This document shows, in pieces, positions 12,770-23,149 of a stretch of DNA of 64,000 nucleotides. The translations under genes and the position numbers were made by a program. The notes below the pieces were generated by a model. That model had not been told where the DNA came from. It made no database searches and saw only the letters and a list, made by a program, of their open reading frames with translations. How positions within the stretch are numbered: the first letter of the stretch is position 1; every line of letters starts with the position of its first letter. Source of the stretch: Malacoraja senta (lineage: Eukaryota); contig CM075986.1 in assembly GCA_038087875.1 (NCBI GenBank), positions 15,996,001 through 16,060,000 of the forward strand, read 5' to 3'.

Positions 12770-13250
12770 AGTGCTCCTGCCAGCAGTTCTGCCAATGAAA
12801 GTTCCCAGAGATTTCTGCAGGTTAGTAAGAGGATTTGGGACAATTCCTCCTGACTCTTGCCTTCTGAACAAACCATTTGAGGATGATACCTCTTGATATT
12901 CCCCTTGGGGCTTCCTGCCAATGCATCCATGAGTCAAAGTGGCTTCAGAGTTCTGTAAACTGCAAAGTCGCTCTTTGGTTCCTCAGTGTTCTCTGGGAGT
13001 TAGCTGCTTGGTGTTCAACTTCCATGTCCCCCTGCCTGCCTTCTGGTCCTGAAGGGGGCAGGAAGCACAAAACCTTTGTTGCAGGAGACAGATGATCATG
13101 GATCTGGAAAAAGCTGGAACTTCCATCCTACTCTTAATATATATAATGAGGGTCAAACAGAGGACAGGTAGTTGAGATGTGAAGCTGATTTGTTCTGATT
13201 CTTGTCAATGAATGTGATCCTGCCAATAGAGTGTCCATCCATCAGCTTGA
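12770..13250 (-). mobile_element. Degenerate Tx1/L1-type ORF2 fragment (end of the endonuclease domain)
   Basis: Frameshifted minus-strand translation resembles DH...GTWKLNTKQLTPEN.EE.K...KGNIKR..ILK.VQKAR. Confidence 0.55.
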
Positions 13251-13436
13251 TAAGAATGTAGGTAGGATGTGTAGGAAAGAACTGCAGATGCTAGTTTAAA
13301 TCAAAGGTAGACACAAAATGCTGGAGTAACTCATTGGGACAGGCAGCATCTCTGGAGAGAAGGAATGGGTAAGAATGATAAGAATCATCCTCTTGTTAAG
13401 AATGATTGGCGATCTCCAGCCCGTTAATCAGACATT

Positions 13437-15050
13437 TGCCACCAACTACCTGACTGGACAACCACAATATGTCAGGCTACAGAAACTGTGTCTCGGACAT
13501 GGTAGTGAGCAACACAGGGGCCCCACAAGGGATGGTCCTCTCTCCTTTCCTGTTCACCATCTACACCTAGGACCTCAGATATAACTCGGACTCCTGCCAC
13601 CACCAGAAGTTTTCATCTGCCTCTGCAATTGTGAGCTGCATCAGTGAGGGGAGGGAAGCTGAATACAGAGGTGTAGTTAACGACTTTGTTGAGTGGTGTG
13701 GGCTGAATCACCTGCAGCTCAACACCGACAAGACTAAGGAGTTAATTAAACTTTAGGAGGAGAGGAACACCCCTGTCCATCAATGGTGTGGATGTGCAGT
13801 TTATGGGCCTGTCCCACTTTGGCGATTTTTTAGGCAACTAGGCTGTTGCCACATGGTCGCCGGGGTGTCGCCTTTATGGTCGTGAGTAGTCTCTTCAATC
13901 GCCCAAAGAGTCGTAGCGTCTTTCTGGTCGCCGCTGGATTTTCAACATGTTGAAAAAATTTCGGAGACAGTCGGGGACAGTGGATTTGATGCCAATGGGC
14001 ATAGCTTGACTTCTCCTGACTTTGGTGCTGTTGTAGGTTGTCGCCAGGTGACGAAGGTTGTTGCCGGTGCTGACTTCTGTGAATTCCATTGGGGGCTACC
14101 TACGCCAACCGGCGACAGTTACCGGCGACTGAATTGTTTTAAGTTGTCTTCATTTGTCGCCGACAGGGTCGTAGCTTGTTGTACCTTGTCGTGGGTGGAC
14201 GTAGGTTGTGGTAGATGTGGTCGTAGGTGGACGTCCTAATGTGTCGCTGGTTGTCGGTATCTTGCTGTAGCTTGATGTCGACTAGGCGGTAGGTTGTTGT
14301 AGCTTGTGGTAATCATTGTCGTAGGGGTGTCCAGTCGCCGGTTTTTAGGCAACCTGCTATGACTATGACAGTTGCCAAAAAAAACGCCTAAGTGGGACAG
14401 GCCCTTTACCAGGGAATACAAATACCTTGGAATGTACCTGGACAGTAAACTGGACTGGTCAACACTGAAGCCATGTACAAGAAGGAACAGAGCCGGCTGT
14501 ACTTTTTGAGAAGGCTCCACTCCTTCAACGTCTGCAGTAAAATGCTGCAGATGTTCTACCAATCGGTGGTAGCCAGTGCCATCTTCTTCGCTGCCATGTG
14601 CTGGGGCAGTAGGACTAAGGCCGTGGACGCCAATAGATTTAACAAGCTTATCAGGAAGGTTGGATCTGTCCTGGGGGCGGAGTTGGATTCATGGGAGGTG
14701 GTCTTGGAGGGGAGGATGCTCCTCAAACCAAAGATCCTATAGGATCTTTGCCTCAAACTGTGTGGCATCCTGGACAATACAGCTCACCCCCTCCCTGACC
14801 CACTGGTCAAACTGAAGAGCACCTTCAGCAACAGACTGGTTCCACCAAGATGCAGGACAGAACGCCACAAGGAGATCCTTTTCCCCTGTGGCTATCAAAC
14901 TAAAACTTCTCCCCCTTCTGTCATGGAACAGACTGACTGCCTGCCTCCTTCCCTCTTTCCTCCCCCCATCATCCCATCTTTGCACATCCCCAATCCTTTC
15001 CACTCGTCACTTTAATTTCATGTTTCATGTATTTTGTGTTTTTATTATTT
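13437..15050 (+). mobile_element. Rex1/Babar-type LINE reverse-transcriptase and 3' fragment, split by a MITE
   Basis: Translates as TNYLTGQPQYVRL...GAPQGMVLSPFLFTIYT...LQLNTDKTKELI...EYKYLGMYLDSKLDW...SRLYFLRRLHSFNVCSKMLQMFYQSVVAS, with stops and frameshifts. Confidence 0.8.
13804..14405. mobile_element. PIF/Harbinger-type MITE (~600 bp)
   Basis: 35-bp TIRs starting GGGCCTGTCCCACTT (3 mismatches). TTA TSD at 13801-13803 and 14406-14408. Removing it restores the host LINE frame DVQFTREYKYLG. Confidence 0.85.
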
Positions 15051-15060
15051 GATCCTCAAA

Positions 15061-15270
15061 TCAGATCAGAACAAAGAGGGAAGAGACAGAGACTTTAAGA
15101 CTTTTGCCTCCATCACAGTGAGGAGGTGCCTGGTGAACTCACTGTGGTGGATGTTAACTTGTGTTTATTGTGTGTTTTGTTATTTATTATATGTATGACT
15201 GCAGGCAACGAAATTTCGTTCAGACCGAAAGGTCTGAATGACAATAAAGGAATCTAAGTCTAAGTCTAAG
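15061..15270 (+). mobile_element. LINE-type 3' tail with two stem-loops and an (AGTCTA)n end
   Basis: Hairpins at 15110-15150 and 15219-15238, then AATAAA and tandem TCTAAG repeats. Confidence 0.6.
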
Positions 15271-15289
15271 ATTGTAAGCACACGCAAGG

Positions 15290-15664
15290 TGCCAACGGTG
15301 AGCCCGCCCACTGAATGCTTGTACCTGATTGGTCTGATCCCTCGTCCATCATAGGTATTGATGGCCCGCCCATCAAATGCCTCTATCTAATTGGCCCGCT
15401 TCGCCGTCCATCACGGCAATTATAAACCCGCCCACTGAATGCCTGTATCTGATTGGTCCGTGCTGCCGTCCATCACATGATCCATTGGCCGGCCCGCCCA
15501 CCTATGTCCGGCTGCGGCCACTCAGTCAGCGACGGGCTTCCGTTGTGAGTTTAAGCGGTTTATTGTTGTGAGGGGCGGCGTTGACGGGCCGCGCCGGGCA
15601 GGGCAGCGCAGGGCAAGGCAGGTGGGCCGGAGCCGAGGCGGACAGCGGGCCTCCCCATCCCAAG
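15290..15664 (+). promoter_or_regulatory. DCAF7: DCAF7 CpG-island promoter and 5' UTR with tandem GC-box/CCAAT units
   Basis: CCCGCCCA at 15303, 15365, 15427 and 15493. ATTGG at 15328, 15390, 15452 and 15484. CpG-rich into exon 1. Confidence 0.8.
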
Positions 15665-15961
15665 ATGAGCATGCACGGCAAGAGGAAGGAGATCTACAAG
15701 TACGAGGCGCCATGGACGGTGTACGCCATGAACTGGAGCGTGCGGCCCGACAAGCGCTTCCGCCTGGCGCTCGGCTCCTTCGTGGAGGAGTACAACAACA
15801 AGGTGCAGATCGTGGGGCTGGACGAGGAGAGCTCCGAGTTCATCTCCCGCAACACCTTCGACCACCCCTACCCCACCACCAAGATCATGTGGATCCCCGA
15901 CACCAAGGGCGTCTACCCCGACCTGCTCGCCACCTCCGGCGACTACCTGCGCATCTGGAGG
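15665..15961 (+). CDS. DCAF7: DCAF7/WDR68 coding exon 1
   Basis: MSMHGKRKEIYKYEAPWTVYAMNWSVRPDKRFRLALGSFVEEYNNKV...LLATSGDYLRIWR |gtgagg. 297 nt, near-identical to vertebrate DCAF7. Confidence 0.97.
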
Positions 15962-18149
15962 GTGAGGACAGGCCGAGGCCTAGCGGGGAGGGAGGGAGGG
16001 AGGTGGCGGCGAGACCGAGACCCCGAGTGTTGGGGTGGGGAAGGAAAGGGGGGGAGGGTCCGTGGGGTGGAGGGGTGGAGGGGGGGAGGGAGGATGGAAG
16101 GAAAGAAGATCGAGGAGGGGAGGAAAGGAGGCGGGGGGGGGGGGGGGAAGAGGAAAGGGGGTGGGGGTCCGTGGGGGGGTGAAGGACGGGGGCAAGGCCC
16201 GTGGGAATGAGGGGGGGGATGAGGGCCCTTGGGAAGGGGGGGAGGAGGAAAGGGGGTGAGGGATGGGAGAAATATTGTGAATGGGTAGCGTAAAAGTATG
16301 GATTGCTGCAGCAAACCCTTACTCCGTCTTGATAATGTACCTTTATTCAATCTCCATTTGTCATCCATTCCATGCCAGTACATTATCCCCTGCATAAATA
16401 ACCTCTTACATGGGATCTTGTCAAAAGCTGACTGAAAATATGAATTCATTGCACTCTATGCATCTCCCTTATTATTCTGCTATTTGCATCAATAGATCTC
16501 TTAAGCATGATTTTATTTTCGTAAACCCACAATAACATCGTCCAATTTCAATATTCCTTTCCTAATGTCCTGCTATCACTTTTTTTTTAAACTGTAAATT
16601 CTGGCTCTTGTTCCCATTACTTGCATTATGCTTATTGGTCTGCCATTTCCCATTTAATCCACATTTGTAATTTCCAATCTACATTTGCCCCCTTAAATGA
16701 TTTTGAATGATGACAGGGGAGCAGAGTTATGATGAAACAAAAACATTGGTATATGACATTATCAGGTGAATAATTCCAATGTGAGCCAGGCTGAGTGCGA
16801 TCGATTAGATGGATGAAGAGAATGTGAGACAGGAATGACCATTCATTTAAGGGAACTTGGGTAGTGTGAATTAAGGCTGGGCCGAATAAGATAATACTGG
16901 AATATGCAATACATATTTTTGTATCAATCTTTACCAAGGGAAAATAATATTACTAATATCTCATTTTGACCAAAGTTACACGTGTTAATTGTTGAGTTGC
17001 TAAATGATGGGTCAAATGCTGGTTGTGCTTAAATAAATGAGTCACTTGATCCAAAAGGCATGCATCCTAAATTGCAGAGGGAAGAAGGCTGAAGGTCTCA
17101 GAATGGCAAGTGCGAAGTCTGGGTTTGAAAAGGTGTCTGAGGACATGCCAGGCAACTTCGAGCTGTTCAATTTAACATTGATGATGAGGACGATTTTGTG
17201 AACATAGTGGGAACAAGTTTAATAGGTACTTGGAGAAGCTTGAGTTAGAGACCCATCAGGGATTTGTTAAAGGCCAATAAAATTTGACTAACCTGATCTA
17301 AAAATTATTTTACAAGTGACACCAGAGGAATTTGTATGTCGAGTTTCAGAAGGCATCTCATGCGGTGCCACTCAACATGCTGATCAATAAAATTGAGGTC
17401 TTTGGCATAAGGCAACATGGACAATTAATGACTGGGTTTTGTTTCCGAGTAGAGAGTTTTATACAATTTAGTTGGATAGTTTCTGAATTTGCAGACAACA
17501 ATAAAAAGCATTGAGGAGGTCTGTGGAAAACCGACTTTTTAAAGTCATGTTAGCAGATCGGTCGGGTGGGGGGAAGGGCGGGGGAGGATGATGAAAATGT
17601 TTCCCCCACCTCACACGCACAATTCGTCTGAAGAAGGGTCCCGAACTGAAACTTCACCGATCCGTGTTCTCCAGAGATGTTACCCGCTGAGTTACTCATG
17701 CCTTTTCTGTAAACCAGTACTCTTCTGTAATCCAGCATCTGCAGTTTCTTGTTACTACAAATGGCAGGTAAAGTTTGTTAGAGAGGTGTAAAGTGGTACA
17801 TTCCACATGAAATCAGGGAATCTTATAAGCTGAATGATACAGGCTACTTGGGAATTTACAATTAGATGGGCATAAACATTTGACCGTGGCTAGTTGAGAC
17901 AGAAATTAGTAAAGCCTATGGGACCAGGGCTTTTCAAATAGGGATATAGTGCAGTCGTAGGGTGGTTTAGTTGAAATAGACAGCCAACTCTGGAGGACAG
18001 TGTCCAATTCTGGTAACTACATCATGTCTTGGAGACCTAAAGTCTTTTGTACCTTGATCATTATAAGGAGAGGGAATAGAAAAGAGTTACAGAAAATGGC
18101 CTTGGCAATAACTGATTTAATCTACAAGGTTAGACTGAAGGAGCCAAAA

Positions 18150-19500
18150 CAAAGAAGGTGCACGGAGACATGATTGCACGATGATCTGTTGCCTCTCTGG
18201 TCATTCTAGGGGGAGAGTGGCCAGAGGCTGTGGTCCAAAGCAACACCACCATCGGAGATTATATCCTGCACGCAGAGTTTAGGAGTTAAGAAGATTAAGT
18301 GGCAGCACCTGGAAGGTGGTAATCTCTGGATTACCCCTGGTGCCTTGTGTCAGTGAGTACAGAAATAGGACACTGCACCAGACTAAGTGGGACACGTTGG
18401 GTCCCTGTCACACGGGAGGCCTGGTCCCCTCCCCTCTATCCCATCTTGCCCGTCATCCCGGACCCCTTCTACCCTCCTCCCTACCCTGCTGCACTCCACC
18501 ACCCCTTTACCCCACTCCCTCCCTCTCTTTCCCCCCTCCCTCCCACCGTCTCTCTCCCTCACTGTCCCCTCTCCCTCCCACATCCCTATCCCTCTCCCTC
18601 CCTCATCCTTCTCTCCCTCATCCCTCTCTCTCCCCTCCCTCCGTCTTCTCCCCCCCCCCTGCTGTGGGCCGGGCTGCGGCGCTCCCTCTCTCTGTGTAAC
18701 AGTGCGGTGCGTCAGGGCCGCTCTCAGTGTCCACGCCCGCGGGCAGGAGCCACTGGAGCACTGTCCGTCCCGTCCTGGTTCTCGTACTCTGCCTAGCCAG
18801 GCCCTGGCTGTAGGCGGCCGAAGCACTCGTGGACCTGGGCCTCGACGGGCGTTCGCTTTTCCGGGGGCGGGCGGCCGAGCCAGGGCTGCCTGCAGAGGGG
18901 GAGGCTGTGCTGCAGGATGGTACTCCCCGAGGCGCTGGTACACCTTGACCCAGGCCCCGGGCTTGGGTGCGACTCCAGCCCTCAACGGCCGCCGCCTGGG
19001 CTCCAGTCCAGGCCCTGACTTCATCTCCGGGCTCATCCCTGATCCCGGACCCAGACTCGTCCTTGGTTCCGGCCCAGTCCCCGGGCTCGGCCCACGGCAC
19101 CACCCTCCCCACCAGGTACTGCACGGCCGCCGCCAATCCTTCACCGTGGCGACCTCCAGCCGATTGGCAGCGGACACGGCCAATCAGTGCGGCGATGGTG
19201 CCAGGAAGTGACTGACAGGAGAAGAGACCAATCTATAGTTTTATGCCTTAATAACTTTTACAATATACCATAGACCGGAACGAAACTTCTTGCACCCGCA
19301 GCACAGGAGAACGGTGAAAGCTGGCGAAAAATCGTAGCTGAATCGCGTACCGTTTGTGCACAAATAGATAAACCACGCAAACCGGAAGAGCACAAGATCA
19401 GAAGTTTAGTTATGTATAGAGGTGATTGCGTAGCAGGAGATGATGCTGGAGATGCGCAGGGAGCAGAATCCTGGGTCATTACGACTGGTTCGGGGGGAAA
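18150..19500 (+). mobile_element. Degenerate CR1 ORF1 (esterase-like) fragment hosting the Helitron
   Basis: KVVISGLPLVPCVSEYRNRTL before 18378. A degenerate continuation follows 19420. Confidence 0.6.
18378..19420 (-). mobile_element. Non-autonomous Helitron (~1.04 kb)
   Basis: The minus strand begins TCTATACATAACTAAAC and ends with hairpin GGGAC-CCAACGT-GTCCC, then ACTTAGT-CTGG (CTRR), then T. No TIRs or TSD. Confidence 0.7.
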
Positions 19501-19952
19501 TGTTAACACTTTAATTTTAAACCTAAACTAAATAGGGTTTTGGAAGAAAGTTGAGTTGATCAGGTAAGATGCAAGGGTTTTATGAAGATAGCCAGGATTG
19601 AGGTGAACTTGTGAAAGATAATCTAGGACTTTCTTTTGTGTAGAGAGGGCTGAGTATAAAATTGAATAGCCTCTATAAAATACAGGGGATCTGATTCCCA
19701 AAGGGAACCAAAAGCAGGCGTCACAGATTTTAAAGTAGCAGAAAGATTAGATTGAAAATGAGAGCAGTTTCTAGACAAGAATCAAAGATTAGATCAGAGG
19801 TAAGGAATTTTCTTTCACCCAGAGGTGGTCGGGTCTGGAGCTCACTACCTGAAAAGATGGTGGGAGGCATAAATCATCAACACATTTAGAGAAAACCTGG
19901 ATGTGCATTTCAGGATCCATGACTTGCAGGGTCAGGAGCCTACTGGAGAAAA

Positions 19953-20124
19953 AAAGGACACCAATGTTGGAGTAATTCAGCAGGTCAGGCAGCATCCCTG
20001 GAGAACATGGATAGGTGATGTTTCAAAATGTCACCTATTCATGTTCTCCAGGGATGCTGCCTGACGCACTGAGTAACTCCAGCACTTTGTGTCCTTTTTG
20101 TAAACCAGCATCTGCATTTTCTTG
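19953..20124. mobile_element. Penelope-derived fold-back element
   Basis: Inverted arms. Near-TSD TACTG(G/A)AGAAAA at 19941-19952 and 20125-20136. Confidence 0.65.
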
Positions 20125-20531
20125 TACTGAAGAAAATGGGGGTGAAGCTGGGTAGCTTTTTCTTTAATTAACACAAATATGACAGGTCTACTGACTTCCA
20201 ATGTTGTAAAGTTTCTATGCTTTGATTCTATAACAGAGGTGTGTAAATAACCTTTGTTGTTGTTTTTTTAAATTGTATCAATATTTACTCGTACCCAAAT
20301 GTATGGATTCTCGATGTTATTGTTTTGTATGGTTATTCCCCCAGTTAGCGAATTGCCTACCAATGTTCAAAGTTCACTTGCAGCATGGTAATTGTGCCAT
20401 AGATTCAAAAGGAGCCATGGGAACATGACGCACGCATTAGGAGCTAGACTCGGGGGGGAATGGAGACTTGTCAAGACTGGGAAGAATTATACAAGTAACG
20501 AATATCTGCAAATATTTTCTTAACATTCTAG

Positions 20532-20643
20532 GTGAGCGATACTGAAACCCGGCTGGAATGCTTACTAAACAATAACAAGAACTCTGACTTCTGTGCTCCT
20601 CTGACTTCATTTGACTGGAACGAAGTGGATCCAAATCTCTTGG
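20532..20643 (+). CDS. DCAF7: DCAF7 coding exon 2
   Basis: ttctag| [37 protein letters not shown](G) |gtaagg. 112 nt; not in the supplied ORF track. Confidence 0.96.
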
Positions 20644-23149
20644 GTAAGGAAGAGCTTCAGGCTTTGCATTGTCTCTCAGCTAATTAGACACCTTCTGGGA
20701 CTCTGGTGATGGGTGCCTCATAATTTTGCACAATTAGATCCAAAAATCTTCCATGGATTTTGGGTAAAACCGTTATAATGATGCCAGGCTACTTACAGCA
20801 GATGGATTGATTGCCCAGGGGAGGTCTGTGGCTGTGAGTGAATAGTCCTTCCTTGATGTGTTTGCTGGGTTATTGTACAGCTCTTTTTGTAATGTTAAAC
20901 AGATGCTTAAAGCTGAATTTGAGACAGCATGCAACTGAAAAAGATAAACCATTTACTTAATGGTGAATTTATGATCAGCATTATGTGACGTTTAACCCTG
21001 ACTCGGTTTGAAAAATGATTACCTGAAATAGGTAAGGAAAGAGCAGGTGAAAAAACACAGTTGGGACCAGTTTATTTCTTACATTATCCAATCAGTGATT
21101 TTTCTGAGATTGAACTGCTGAAAGCTACCTTTCCTTTTCAATTAAATCCTTATGTAAATATGAATTGAAAGATATTTTAACCCCAAGGGCAATGAGCTGA
21201 TAGTAAAAACAAAATAATGAATTTCAAATATTGTATTGAAAACCAGTTGAAATTTTCAAAAGATGGCATATTAGCCATTATTTGGGACTGCATTTGGAAA
21301 TTACAATAGTACAAAATGATATGTGGGTGTTTCTGTAAATAAGGGTACCAACATGTGACATGGGTGGCCAAATATGAAAGTTATTAAATCATAATGAAAT
21401 ACCACAGCATTAAAAATGGGCCTACCGATGATCACTTTGAGCTAATTTGTGATCAACATCAACCAAAATTTAATTCTTTCAAAATTTAAAGGAAAGACAA
21501 CGAGAGAAAAAAAGTATATTTATAAGACTGATGGGACACTTACTGATTTCTAAGCTCCCAAAATGTCAGCACCTAACCCACCACGAGGCCTGTAGTTCAC
21601 GCCAGGGTCATTATAATCGCGTTGTTTACATTTTTTTAAACATCGTGTTGAGTGCAAAAAACCCTGTTATAGCGCGATAAAGAGCGTTGATAAACTTAGA
21701 CAATGGGAGGGACTACAGAATGATACATCACTAAAATAGATGAGCAAACTAGATTTTTCTTTCATGATTTTGTTCTATTCATTATTATTTCAATGGAGAG
21801 CTTAAACACAAAATATAAACAATAAAAAAAGAAACAATAAATGTAAAAACGGTTACTCTGCTTTTAATTCATACATTTCACAACGTGACCACTTCTCACG
21901 TTCTGCTGTGAAAACTTGTGGCATCAGAAAACCATCTTATCGGATGATAAATGATAAAAATCATAAGCATAATCAGAATTTGGCATATATAGAGTTATTT
22001 AATTGCAAAATTAATGTAATCAAAACACAGGGACATATCTGATATTTTTCTTTGTAAAAACAGATTTATTTATTTTGCTTCATCTCATTATTTTGGCTAT
22101 ACACCATGATCTATACTACTTAAAATACAGGATATGAAACAATGGGAATATTACATTAAAAATAACGGGAAAATAACCTGGAAGTTTGGAGGCCAGTTTC
22201 ACTACTGAGTGCTGTATTTACGGAAACACCCATGTGCAGGGGTTTTTTCTTTTTCCTTTTTCCATTTGTAAATTGATACCTGTCCTGTTCCACCTGCGGA
22301 ATGGTAAGTAGCTTTTCAGAATAATTTCTATGCTTGCTGCCATGGATGTAAACTCCAATGAGAGTGGTCCTGCAATGAGCAGACATAGGGTTTCAAAATC
22401 AACTGAGTACGGAGTCGAATTTTCCAAACTGCAATATTTCAATATGCTTTTTTTATAGACGTGTGTGAAGCTGATTTACGGCATATCAATAATCATGCAT
22501 TCTTCGGGCATCTGCCTTAATATCTTGTCCAAGCTTCAAATTGTCTTTTGAAGCATTTTATTTGCTATTAACACAGTTGCTGGTATTTAACATTTGAATT
22601 GTAGCATGTTTCAGCTGTTCTTCACATTGGGCTTATTTTCCTTCTGCTTTGAGGTTCTTTATCCATTAACCAGCCTCCCCACCATCGACTCCATCTATAC
22701 TTTGTGGTGTCTTTTGAAAGCAGCTAACATAGTCAAGGATCTTTCTCACCCCAGACATTCTCTCCTCTTTGGGCAAAAGCATGAAAGCACGTACCACCAG
22801 ATTCAGATCAGCTTCTCCCAACTTCACCACTGAACGGTCCTCCCATATGCTAGTATTTAGTCCTGATCTCCTAACCTACCTCATTGCAGACTTCCTCTTT
22901 AATTCTAACATTATAATGCTCGAATATTATTCTGCGCTCTGGTATTTTTCACTTCAGTAACGTTTTCAGTACCTTTGTGCATTTGTATGACGTGGTTATA
23001 CTTGCGTATAATATGATTTGACTAGATAGCGCACAAAGAAGAACTTCTCCCTGTATCTCGGGGTACCTGGCAATAATCAATATCACTGCTCTAGGTGGTA
23101 AGTGTTTTCAAAGTGCAGAAGAGACCAGGATCATTGGGGTAGATCATGA

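Noticed and set aside
15560-16449. Long alternative-frame and antisense ORFs over DCAF7 exon 1 and intron 1
   Set aside because: Explained by ~99% GC3 and G-rich low complexity, which remove stop codons; the products are Arg/Gly/Pro-rich with no recognisable domain.
18316-19215. Overlapping 127-274 aa ORFs on both strands
   Set aside because: GC-rich, low-complexity Helitron interior with no RepHel or other domain motifs. Only the first ~20 codons of the 18316 ORF are meaningful (CR1 ORF1).
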